NCBI RefSeq assembly: GCF_009914755.1
Contig: NC_060942.1
Source of the DNA: the human T2T-CHM13v2.0 reference genome, Homo sapiens
Length of the DNA: 64,000 nt
Reading direction: 5' to 3' (one strand)
Positions within the stretch are counted from its first letter, which is position 1; each line of letters begins with the position of its first letter. The translations under genes and the position numbers were made by a program. The notes beneath the pieces were generated by a model, which made no database searches, was not told where the DNA came from, and was given only the letters and a program-made list of their open reading frames with translations. Of this stretch, positions 32,636 through 45,494 are shown in pieces.

Positions 32636-33259
32636 AGCAAAGAGTGTAATAAATGATATTTAAAAAAAAATTTTCTGAATAATGAACAGGACTGAAATGA
32701 AATTGCTCTAATACCCCAAACAAAAGGCTGGCTGTTTTCAAGGGACTTGCTCCCCCACTGGGAAGTCGTCACAGTGGGAGGGGGTGGTAGAGTCCAGTTC
32801 GAGCCTGTTCTAAAACACACACACACACAAACACACACACATTTTATGTCCCTACTCCCAATTTTGAGGCCCCGAATTAAAGTTGGATGGGGCAACACCA
32901 TGAAGGCCACTGCAGGATCATGCAAAAAAAAAAAAAAAAAAAAAGACACACTGGGGAAAGGAAAGTGCGCCCCTCAAACACTAGGCAAACACTGGAGAAG
33001 GAAGGACCTTTGGGTCAGCAATAAGAAAGCCGTCCCCCTCAGTCAGCACAAAAGCTCGCCCCCAGGGAGAAACAGAAAGATCCTTAGCTCTTCTTTTCCT
33101 TCCCCAGCGCCCATCATCCTCCCTCCTGAGAAAACGGAAGAAAGGGTAGCACAGCAGCCGAAAGGAGTTTGGGTTTGCTTTGCTTCCATCTGCGGACAAG
33201 GCTCTTTGCAGAGAAAACCCAGCCTCCCGGTGCCCGGGCCCCGCAGGCAGTCTCTCTTT

Positions 33260-33278
33260 CGGCCACCAGAGGGCGCTC
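33260..33278 (+). promoter_or_regulatory. CTCF binding motif
   Basis: CGGCCACCAGAGGGCGCTC is a near-perfect match to the CTCF core consensus and lies in a CpG-retaining, GC-rich patch. Confidence 0.8.
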
Positions 33279-34820
33279 TCCTCCTCCCCAGCCTCCAGCC
33301 ACACCTGGCCGAGGGGCGTCCTTGCCCCACTCCTGCAGCCCAGAAGCGCACTCACTGCACAGCCGCGGAACCTGCAAGACGGGCCACAGGCACGCCCCGC
33401 TGCCAGCCGCTTAGCTTTTTAAAACAAGCCAGCATAGATGTTCACAATTATTCTCCCCTCAACGGTGGACACTGTCAGGTCAGCAATCCCTAGGAAGCTC
33501 CCGGGAGCGCTGTCGGAAGACTTTGCCAGAGCTCAGACTCATCGGGAGGGGGAAATCGGTTCTCTGGCTGCCCCTGGCAGCGGGGCTCCCCCACCCCAGG
33601 CTTAAAATAGGGATGAAACTCTTTGACATCGAAGGACACAGGGTCCCTTCCCACTGACGTCCGTTGTGGCGCTGAGGGACCCAGGAGAGCAACAGGGCTT
33701 CCAGATCGGAGACATCACCAAAGAGGGAACGCAGCCACTTTTATTTTTGCCTTGACAATTATTAAAATACGCAGAGGAAGGAAACTATTCAGGCTGGCTC
33801 TGTACAAGGCAATCATTCCCAAATTGCACCAAATTGGCTGCTCCCCAAAGTCCGTGTGTTCTCCCCACACCCTCATATAAACACACACACCCACCAACAC
33901 CCTGTGTTATTTGTCTTCAATGAGTTAGAAAGAAGACTTTAAGATAAGGCAGGGTGAAACTCTGACAGCTAGTACCCAAAACTCCCCCTCAACATTAATG
34001 GGAGACTTGCTTGTATGTTTTTGCCCCCTAAGGGTAACTGATTCCCATGACTTTGCTTTAGCCAAGGGAATGAAGTGGCTTTTGGGGTAGAAACAGCCTA
34101 ACCTTACACAAACTTTGAGATAAACAAGCACTATCACAGCACATAAAAACGAAAACTACCAGCAGGTTAAAATTATCCCTATGAAGAAAAAGGAATTTCA
34201 CGTTATGAAAGTTTTTTTTTTTAATAATCTGCTAAGTACACACTAATACCCAAAACAGGCCTTAAACAGTCTGAAGGATGCTTGAGCTAAAATCTTATAA
34301 ATTGCCCTGGAATATTTGTCAAACCACCTGCCCAGAACATACTGTATGTATTCATAGTGCTGTCAAACAAGTGGACTACCATCATTGGATGAGTGGTTTG
34401 TCAGCCAGAGGCTGGCTCAGACAGACCATACGTAAAGGTTTCTAACCCTAATTTTTCCCTTTAGTGATTGAGCCTGGACCCATTGTTTGGGATACTTGTG
34501 GGGACATGGACTGCATTCTGTCTTATATTGCAGATGCTAAAGAAAACATCTTTCCAGTCCCCCCTTCCCACAGCAGAACACCATGGATTAAATCTGAAAC
34601 AGTATAAGTGTTCACATCTGGAAAATTGAGCTGAATCTGTCTGGAGACATCTGTATGGATCCTTTGGACTAGTATGAAAAACGATGATTTCTGTGTTTTC
34701 TATAGTGGTTTCCACCCTCATGCTAAGGTTTACATTTCTGAAATCACACCACAGCCACCCATTTTAAGGAAGTAGGAGGTTAGAAACATTAAGGAAATTA
34801 AGATTGGAGGACAAAGATTA

Positions 34821-35318
34821 TGTGATAGTTAATCTTATATGTCAACTTGGCTAGGCTATAATGCCTTGTTGTTTGGCCACACACTAGACTAGATGTTGCT
34901 GTGAAAGTATTTTGTAGATGTGATTAACATTTACAGTTGATTTTGAGTAAAGGAGATTACCCTCAATCATATGGGTGGGCCTTTTCCAATCAGGTGAAGG
35001 CCTTAACAGCGAAGACTGAGGCTTATCAAAGAAGGAGGAATTCTGCCTCAAGACTTGCAACATCAGCTCTTCCCTGAGTTTGAGTGCTGGTCTGCTGTAA
35101 GATTTCAGATTTTAGCTTGGCATGGTGGCACACTGCTGTAATCCCAGCTACTCAGGAGGCTGAGGCAGGAGAATCACTTGAACCCAGGAGGCGGAGGTTG
35201 CAGTGAGCCGAGATGGCGCCACTGCACTCCAGCCTGGGAGACAGAGCGAGACTTGGTAAGAAGGAAGGAAGAAAGGAAGGAAGGGAGGAAGGGAGGGAGG
35301 GAGGGGAGGAAGGGGGGG

Positions 35319-35372
<54 letters not shown>

Positions 35373-35426
35373 GAGAGATTTCAGGTTTGCCAGCTCCCAC
35401 AATGGTGTGAGCCAATTCTTTAAAAT

Positions 35427-35498
<72 letters not shown>

Positions 35499-35535
35499 TA
35501 TTGGTTTGGTTTCTATGGAGAATATTGATTGATAC
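34821..35535 (+). mobile_element. MLT2 (ERVL) LTR containing a truncated Alu (~35115-35255) and microsatellites
   Basis: tgtgatagttaatcttatatgtcaacttggctagg...cctattggtttggtttctatggag; internal Alu right arm. Confidence 0.85.
35259..35496. repeat. (GGAA/GGGA)n-(GA)n run followed by (TC)n(TG)n
   Basis: Read directly. Confidence 0.95.
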
Positions 35536-36569
35536 AGATTTCAAGTGGGAATCTATTTTATTTTGTACATGTTATAAGTCAAAATAACGATGTGAGGTTA
35601 AGTGCTGCCATTCTACATGATATTCACATATCCCAGATTTCTGATTTTGTTTAGGTGCCTAGACCCTCCTTAATACCCCATGTGACACACTGGAAGCTGG
35701 CCTGACCCCCAGCCATAGGTGTGATCCTGATTGGTCTAAGGGTGAGCCATCCCCTTCCCAATGATTGGCTCAGGGGAGGGGTCATGTGATTTAGTAAAGA
35801 CCAATGACTTTACTAAATGACTTTTAGTAAATGACTAAATGACTTTTAGTAAAGACTAAGGTTTGTAGTCATTCTTCCAAGAGGCTTTACAGAAGCAGCA
35901 TTCTCTCTCCCCTGTTGGAGGAGAATAAAGAAGCAGTAGCTACTGCCATGATGCCCCCATTGTTACTGACAACCCCTGGCACCTGCCCTTTGGTAGAAAA
36001 TAACATGAGCTTCTGAAAATGTTGTTGAGCTGATTGAATCTCCCAGCCCCAAAGCCTGCACTGACTCTGGGCTTCCTTTTAGGTGAACCAATCCATTTTC
36101 TTATTCTGGAAGCCAGTTTGAGCCTGGCTTCTTGATAGTTGCAGCCAAATGACCAAGTCTCCTTGCCCTTAATTTCTTCTCTACAAACTGGGAGAGTAGA
36201 ATTAGATAATCTAAGTTTTCCTCAAACTCTCAATGTCTGTGAATTGCATATTCAGGTACTAGCACTAACAACATTAACACTATTTGTCAATTACTAAAGA
36301 AGATAAATGTTATTATAGGTATGTTTCTAAATAACTTTCATTTTTAGAAACAGTAAAATGACATGTTAAAGTTCATAAAGTATAATTTAATGCCATTTTT
36401 TCCAGTGGTCTTAACCCTAGTGAACCACTGTCAGCAACAATAACTTTTGCTAAATTTTTTAACACAGAAAAAGCTCTAACAAAAACAGTAAAAAGAAAAA
36501 CCTAATAGAAAAATGAGGAAAGGATAAGAACAAACTTCCCAGCAAAGAAAATACAAATGAGTCTTAAAA

Positions 36570-36699
36570 TCCATTTATCTCTAGTTTTCCATTATTGGAA
36601 CGCTAAGCATGTGGGAGTTATTTATATCCTACTGCTCAAGGTCATTGCTAAGGTCTGATTGCAAAAATTCAAAAAATTGCAACCTCAGGCATAAATGGG
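36570..36699. mobile_element. MER85 piggyBac MITE inserted in an old L1M fragment
   Basis: TIRs (t)ccatttat...ggcataaatggg followed by TTAA (36700-36703); internal ttccattattggaac palindrome; gttatttatatcctactgctcaaggtc. Confidence 0.85.
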
Positions 36700-36904
36700 T
36701 TAAACCAATGAAGAGATGTTCAACCTCACTCATAGGGAAGAGGGAAATTAAAGAGAAATGCTAATTAAAACGATGGCAAGGTTTTTTCAACCTACAAGAT
36801 TGGCAAGTTACCAAAAAGTTTAATAACATGCTGTTGGTGAAGATCTTTTAAAATCAACTTTTATATCAATAATGAGAATTATCACTGAGGACCAGCAATT
36901 GAAG

Positions 36905-37635
36905 GTTTCTTAGAGCATTTTTTGTTGCTGCAACAGAATACCACAGATTGTGTAATTTATGAAGAAAAGATATTTATTTGGCTCACAGTTCTGGAGGCTG
37001 AGAAGTCCAGGACTGAGGGACTACCACTGATTAGGGCCTTCTTGCTGCATCATAACATGACAGAAGGTAACACATGGCAAGGAGGTGTACCCTAGAGACA
37101 GAGATACAGACATTTTCAAAAAATTGAGTCTGAAAAATGGAGTAACTAACTCACTCACGCAACAACTAACCCACTCCCATGGTTATGGCGTTAACTCATG
37201 AGGGCTTTGCCCTCATAACTTAGTCACATCTTAATACTGCCTCAATGGCAATTAAATGTCAACATAAGTTCTGGAGGGGACATTCAAATCATAACAAGGG
37301 GTAAGAGTTAAATAGTGCAACTTTCATGGAAAGCAATTTGACATCATCTGTAAAAATTACAAATTACCCTTTGGCCCAACAGTTCTCCTTCTGGAGGCTG
37401 TGAAATCCAAGATTAAGGGACTAGAAGATTTAGTGTCAGGTGAGGGCTCCCTCTCTGGTTCATAGATGGCAGCTTCTTGCTGTGTACTCACGTGGTGGAA
37501 GGAAATAGCTGGCTCTTTTATAAGGGCACTAATCCCAGTCATAAGAGTTCTGCCCTCAGTTTACCTCCCAAGGCCCCACACCCTGAACCATCACCTTAGG
37601 GGTTAAGATTTCAACATATGAATTTTGAGAGTAAA
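36905..37635 (-). mobile_element. Two MST/MLT1A-type LTR pieces (36905-37295 and 37380-37635)
   Basis: ggctcacagttctggaggctg motifs and ...tttcaacatatgaatttt ends. Confidence 0.75.
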
Positions 37636-37691
37636 TAAACAATCAGATCATAACAATCTCCACATTCAATGTGAAATAAAAAGAGCAAGTT

Positions 37692-37822
37692 GGACTGGGC
37701 ATGGTTGCTCATGCCTGTAATCCAAGCACTTTGGGAGGCCAAGGCAGGAGGATTGCTTGAGTGCAGGAGTTCAAGACTAGCCTAGACAACACAGGGAAAC
37801 CCAGTCTCTATTAAAAAAAATT
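37692..37822 (+). mobile_element. FLAM / Alu left monomer
   Basis: Monomeric Alu with an A tail. Confidence 0.85.
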
Positions 37823-38807
37823 AAAAAGAGCAAGATAAAGAACAATGAGTGCATGCTGCCATTTATATTTTCAAAAAAGAACTAAATATATACATAGAGA
37901 TAAACTAGGAAGCTATAGAAGAAACTGGGAATTGTTATTAACCTAGAGATTAATGACAGAAACTAGAAGACAGGAGTGAGACAGTGGCTTAACTTTTCAC
38001 TAGATATCTTCAAAAACATTTTTTTAACACCTAAGTCTATATCGTTTATTTTTTAAGTTAATAAACGGGGAAAAGTCAAGTTATTATAAATACATTTCCT
38101 GATTTGCTGTAATGACAGTAATTCTGAAGCTAAATTACAGAGGTTATATTTTGGATAAATAATTCATGATCAGATATAAACAATGATTTGGCACATTTGT
38201 TTCATTCCCCTTTGTGTCTAAGTAAGGGCAATAGAAAAAAGATCTTCAATTAAGGGAACAAAATGAATCTTACAACATTTGAAAAACTACTTTTGGGGGC
38301 ATTTGGCTTTTCCATGCATTCTACCCTGATGTGCAGATGTCTTCTAACTCAGTGTCTTATCATTCATTTAAATCCACTTGTTCTACAAATATTCACAAAA
38401 TGCTTTTCCTGCACCAGGCACTGGAGCCCCACTAGAAAATAAGCTCAGCACAACTGCTATTTTCATGAGTTCAGTTTTTTCACGATTGTCATCCTTCAAG
38501 CCATGTGTAACGGATGATGATGTAATCAATAAACTGAGAACTGCAGGTCCTAAAATATGGAGAACCCACAAGCAGAAAAGCTTACCATCTGGGAAAAGAA
38601 GACAGCAAGCACTCATGATCCATGGAAAACCATTCTAGAATTAACCTTTTTCAGTCTGGGATTGAAATGCCTTGATAAATATTTATTTTAGGAAGACAAA
38701 TAAGAAGGGAGGGAGGGAGGGAGGGAAAAACAAAGAAAAGAAAGGGCCCAGCTGCAAAATAGTCCAGAAGAAATAACCTCTGAACTTGAGATGAGTACAT
38801 TTTAACA

Positions 38808-39200
38808 CATTCATTAATTCATTTGCTTGTTTGACAAACATTTACTGAGAGCATACTATGTGCAAGGCACTCATCTAACAAGCAGAGATGAACCAAAAGC
38901 CTCTGCCTTCATGAAGCTAATATGAAAGACAGATAGATAATAAGTAACTTGATGCATAACCTATTGGCAGGCGGTAATAAGTGCTATGAATAACGTAGAG
39001 TAGGGTATGAAGGTAGACGAAGGGATGGGGCTACCGTTCTAGGCAGGCACAGCGGAAGTTCTCTCTAAAAGATGCTATTTGAGCAGAGATTCTGAGGAAG
39101 TGCAGGAGCCATGTAGCTACCTGGGAGAGCATTTTCTAGGCAGAGGAAAGAACAGAACAGCAGCAAAAACCTTCACATAGATGTGTACTTAGGAGGTTGA
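38808..39200 (+). mobile_element. L2 3'-end relic
   Basis: cattcatt...aaacatttactgagagcatactatgtgcaaggcac; orientation as read is tentative. Confidence 0.65.
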
Positions 39201-42200
39201 AAACTCAAGAGGCAAAGATGAGTGGATGACTTTATGGAGTTTAGCAAAACATAGCTGAGAAACAATGTCAGTGTTTCTTCCAGAAAACACACCCAACTGT
39301 TACGTAATTTCACACAATGACCCTGGATCTTTAAAGCAGAAAAGAATCTTCTTATTTACAGACAAGGTAGGAGCCTACCCACGTGGGCCAGTGTCAGTAA
39401 CACTGACCAATTGCCCTGTGACCAAGAAATATAATATTTCCCCAGCACTCACTGATCTATGGATTTCCTTCTATAAGAACAATGCTTTGAGACCCATATT
39501 TTGAAGTGAGCTTCAAAATATAAAATGCCTTAGAAAGATAATGCATAGATTTGAATTCATACCAAGGTAAAAATAACTATTATTTGATACTGCTGTGAGC
39601 AGTATAGGTTTTCTGAATTCAGGGGAGGACAGGGCATTGAAAAAATTAAACACATACAATATAAAAGCTAGAAGTCCTCAAACCAAGCCTCAGCTGCTGT
39701 GCTATTTTCTCTCAGATAATGGCTGAATAGAAATATTCTTTCTCCCCAGAGAGAAGAAAGGTATTTCTGTGAAGCTACCATGGCTTGTTAGAAGTACCCC
39801 TTGGGGACATATGACTCCCTTTGGAGTCTAATTATATATTCACCCAGCGGTATTCTGATCTAAATTTAGTTATCTGAGAAATATCCAGAAAGGGAATACC
39901 ATTTGCAGAGAGCTGCACTAGGTAATTACACATTGTAAATTAATAAATTGACCTTGTTTTATATAACTCCAATGTGATGAATTCTGCAAGTGTAATAGAG
40001 CCAAAGACACAAATCTGAAATAACCTAATGAATAGATGGAAGTGTCCCTGGACTTTAAATCTGTGAACTCCTTGGTTAGACCTCACTATTCTAAAACTTT
40101 TCCAGATTCAGTATTTAAGGAAAATCATTTCCTGAATGCAGACTGTGGAAGAATTCATTCATTCTACAAAAGATATGGATACCCTGGGCTAGGCATAGGA
40201 TTTCTAAGGAAAAAAATAGGACCTGCCCTGCCCTCTCCACATGAGGCCACCATGTCTAGCAATTAAGCAGAGGAACCAAGACCCTCAAAGCCAAGTTAAT
40301 ATTCACATTCAAGATCCTTAACTACCATTGTTTTATTGTCTCAAAGAAACTGCAACACAGGAGTTACCAGTAGATCTTAGATTCTTCAGTTTGGAGCAGA
40401 CCTCTTTGTTCTAAACAAGTCACTGGAGTGACCCTTTGGTGACTTAAACGTAAATCTGGTAACTTCCTCTTCTGTTGGGGCGAGGGTGGAGAGGTTTGCG
40501 CAAGAAGCACAGGCCCTCACTGAGAACTCCACCCCTTCTTGTTAAGATCCAAACTGGTGATTTGCACTCCAAGTTTCCTAGCTGATGACAGATACCAGAG
40601 GGAAAAGTTGGGGTTCAGGATGGGAAGCTTAGCAAAAGAAGGAAAGGGGAGCTCTAGACCTGTGACCTGGATCCAAACATCCAGGAGCAGACATTCATAT
40701 CAGAAGGCAGGATCTAAACATGATGTCTAGTTGATGCTGATACCCACGCTGACCCAGCTGATCTAAGAAGATAGTCATTACTTGGTAAACACTGAGTGAG
40801 TGCATGTGGGAGAGAGAGAGAGGGATAAATGAAAGAGCTCATCACAGAGAACCTTGGGACCGCAGGTCTGATGAAATGCAACATGAGGATATTCCCATAA
40901 AAATGTCTGAAGTTACTATTTTGGTAAAAACGTCTGCAATGTGTAAAATGCAAAAGCCTGAGAATGACAGTTCAGCATCACAGCATCATTCTGCTCCACT
41001 CCCCAGGCAAATGTATGCCATGCCCATACAGGCTTCATTCTCTGATACTCCCTGCACATCGGATAGCTGAAAGCCTCAGAAACTTAAGCAAAAGGAAAGT
41101 TGTTGGAAGGCTGCCAAATAGCACACAGAATCCACAGGATGACTAAAGAAGTAAGCTTGGAAAATGGTCAGGAACAAGGCTGGACAGCAGGAAGTATGGT
41201 TCCAGGACAGAGCCGCTGGCTCTGCTTCCATTGGACACTCAAGGCCAAGACCGACATGGACTCTGAACACCAGAAGGCATCCTCTCTTAGCTGTTCCTAC
41301 ATCTTTGTATCACTCCCTGGACATGTAAAGTCCAGGCTGGAGGGTCCTGTGCCTCACTCTGGCTGTCAACGGCCAAGGATGGGGAGGCTCTCTCAGTCTC
41401 GGGCTCTGTACTGTGAGGACGACCCTGCCTCCCTCCCCTTCTTCATCCCCGCTCTCCCCAACCCTACAAGATTCATACTGTTGGGGGAGGCTCTGAAACT
41501 AGAAAGTAGCTGTGGTTTGGGGCAGTCAAAAAATGACATTTGGATGACAGTTGGTGTGGGAAGTTGGAGATGGAGGCGACAAAGATAAAGGAGGAATAAA
41601 TTCAGCAGACAGCAAATCTAAAACTCCGTGTAATTTAGACAGGACCTGTCTTTAAATGTGTAAAGATGCTGAAATGGAAAGAATGAATCCAACTGTGAGA
41701 GTAATCCTGAGAAGAACTCCTTGATTAACTACAAAAGATATCTCTACAAAAAAAAAAAAAGACAGTCCTACCTTCCTTGAACAGTATTATGAAAGATTTT
41801 GAGAAACAGGCTATTGAAAGCTCACCTCAACCACACCTTGGAATTAAAAGTCAAAGAAATTTAATGTTGATCGTATGTTTGTCTACCTGCTAGATATGAA
41901 TCAAATTTATGATATAGTAAAGTTGCATTTTTAACATGACCCAGGTGTATTTTATAATACATTAGTGCCTATTTTATATTTCAGGTATATTTTAGTCTAT
42001 AATACATTAGTGCCTATTTTATAATCCATGTACTTAGTACATTTATGCCTATTTTATGACCTCAAACATAATTTTACTACTTGTATGATTATAAAGGTTT
42101 ATAGATGTTGTGGTTTTACATATATTTTATATTCTCAGTCTGGTTTGTAATTTCTTTCAAACAAGAGTGTAACCTCCAAAGCATTCAAGACTGATCCTGC

Positions 42201-43121
42201 ATTCTATAAGAATCTACATGATGGCATGGTCTCTGGAGACACAGAGCAAAAATTAAGGCCTGGCCACATGCCATAGATACTTTTATATAAAATTTGATTT
42301 ATTATCATAATAAAATGGTCAGGAATTTTTGGCTGGTTTTTCCTTGAACCTATAATTTTACAAAATTACAAACACCTATGAGGGTTTTCCATAGTTTGTA
42401 TTTTCCAAAATAACATGTTCTAGTAATGTGCTGGGGCTATGATGGACATTTCTGTTGACCAATATAGGAGGAGGCTATAAGGAATGTGTACAGGATGAAA
42501 AGCTGAGTGGAGAGCAAGCATGGGCTCCACTACTTACTGGGTTAATGGCTTATACCAAAGCTGATTGCAAGGAGGTATTTCAAATTGGTCTTTCCCCAGC
42601 ATTGCTTTTCTATTACACTGGCCCCAAATGCCTGCCTCCTGAGAGTTCTCCAGGAGCTCAATGTTCTGCTCTGGCTATGCTGTGCTTTTGATGTGAGTTG
42701 ATGACAGAAACAATTCTGGAATATACCTCAAACTCATGGAACAAAAACATGACTTGCATTTTCATAATTGCAACAGTCTAAAAGTCTACAGTCTTGGTAT
42801 GATGGACTGATTTGTGTCACACCAAAATTCATATGTTGAAGTCCTAACCCCCTCTCAGAATGTGGCCATGTTTGAAGGTAGGACCTTTGAAGAAGTAATT
42901 TAGTTAAATGAGGTCAATTTCTAGAGGCTGCCCACAATCCCTGGCTCGTGACCCCTCCTACCCTCATCAAAGCCAACAATGTCACATGTGTCTGATGCTG
43001 CTTTCTTTATCACATCTTTCTCTGACCACAACTGGGAAAGGTTCTCTGCTTTTAAGGACTCCAGTGATTAGGACCAGCAGGGTAATCTGGGAGACTTTTA
43101 AGGTCAGTTGATTTGCAACCT

Positions 43122-43545
43122 TGATATGGTTTGGACCTGTGTGTCTGCACAAATCTCATGTTCAACTATAATCCCCATAGTTAGAGGTAGGGCCTTGTGG
43201 GAGGTGACTGGATCATGGGGATGGATCCTTCATAAATGGTTTAGCTCCATCCACTTGATGCTGTTCTCTTGATGGTGAATGGGTTCTTACACGATCTGCT
43301 TGTTTAAAAGTATATAGCACCTCCCCCACTTCTCTCTCTCTCTCTCCCTTCTGCTCCAGTCATGTGAAGTACCTCGCTCCTTTGCCTTTCACCATGATTG
43401 GAAGCTTCCTGAGGCCTCCCCAGAAGGAGAAGCCACTATGCTTCCTGTACAGCCTGCAAAACCATGAGCCAAGTAATCCTCTTTTCTTTATAAATTACCC
43501 AGGCTCAGGTATTTCTTTATAACAGTGTAAGAACAGACTAATACA
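43122..43545 (+). mobile_element. MSTA/MSTB solo LTR nested in an MLT1 relic
   Basis: tgatatggtttgg...gactaataca with 5-bp TSD aacct (43117-43121 and 43546-43550). Confidence 0.9.
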
Positions 43546-44528
43546 AACCTTAATTCAATCTGCTATGTGACTGCTACTGTCATGTAACAACATATTCACA
43601 GGTTCCAGAAATGAGGATTTGGACATCTTTAATGGATATCAGGGGAGAGTGGGTCATTTTTCTGCCTTCCACACTGTATTACCTTGAAATGACAGAAGCT
43701 TAACATACTTAAGGTTTATTTCTCTCTCACCCCAAACTTATTAAGGTTCACGTGTTTTCTCCTTGGTGCCTCATGTCCACGTCGTGACTCAGGAACCTGG
43801 GTTCTTTTCATCATGGGGCCATCATGTCAGGACTCTCCATTTCCAGGAATATTTTAGATTCTGTGGAGCAGGAAAAATACCAAGAATGAGGATATCATGG
43901 GATCTTTTAGGGCCCAAGACTGCAATTGGGGAACACTGTTTCTACCCTTGACTTCATTTGCCAATTCTGAGAGCAGATTTATTATTCCCAAACTCAGTTA
44001 TGTTGATAGGAGCCTTCTCTGCCTAACAAGATTGTTTATGCCTGGAACCCTACAATTGTCTTGCCACTTCCTCCCAAGAATTAAAACCTGCATCTGAACT
44101 CCAGCCTGATGACTAGGATTCAGCATGGGCCTGATGGTCGTACATCTCCTTCGGGCCCAAGATCTCTATATCCACTTCTGTAAATAGCATCCGCACCTCA
44201 AACTGTCCAGAACTGAACTCATGGATCCACACAAACTTAGTGCTCCTCCAAGGGACTATTTATCCATTTGCTCCAGCCTAAAAATCCTTGCCACTGCTTG
44301 TCCCTTCTGCCCCTATTCAGTCACTGTGGCCTGGTGACTTTTAAAATTTGTGGTAAAATACGTGTAACACAAAATTGACCATCTTAAGTAATTTTATCTC
44401 TGCAGCCTCTCATGAATCCATCCACTTTCCACACATCAGCAGCAATGACACAACTCCAAGACAGCACCTCTCGACCAGACTCAGTTGTTTTTCTGACATC
44501 TCAGCTCTTTTTCCCTTCTAACCCATAA

Positions 44529-45079
<551 letters not shown>

Positions 45080-45494
45080 GCAGCCAGGTCTTTAAAGGCC
45101 TCAGACTTCTTTTTCCCCGGACTTCTTTTTGCCTTGCGGTTTTCCTCTTGCTCTCCCTTCAACCTGGAACACCATCGATTCTCCTCTTTACCTAGATCAT
45201 CTTCTCCTTCTCTCTTCCTCCTGTTCCAGCCATGTGAAGTGCCTCGCTCCCTCTTTGCCTTCCATCGTGATTGGAAGCTTCCTGAGGCCTCCTCAGAAGC
45301 AGAAGCCACTGTGCTTCCTGTACAGCCTGTGGAATCCTGAGCCAATTAATCTTCAGAGCTTTGTTCAAACATCACTACCTCAAGGACATCTTCCCCATGC
45401 CCTGCAGACCACATCAGCCCCTACTCCTACTCTCATACCGCTGTGTCATACGACTGTCATACTGCTGCCCTGGGTTGGTTTCCCAGGAACAAAC

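Noticed and set aside
32747-33493. 248-aa ORF and nested ORFs in the GC-rich patch
   Set aside because: Runs through (CA)n and polyA tracts, is low-complexity, and its length is explained by GC richness.
41100-41588. 162-aa ORF in unique DNA
   Set aside because: Non-ATG start, no recognisable homology, and no convincing splice structure.
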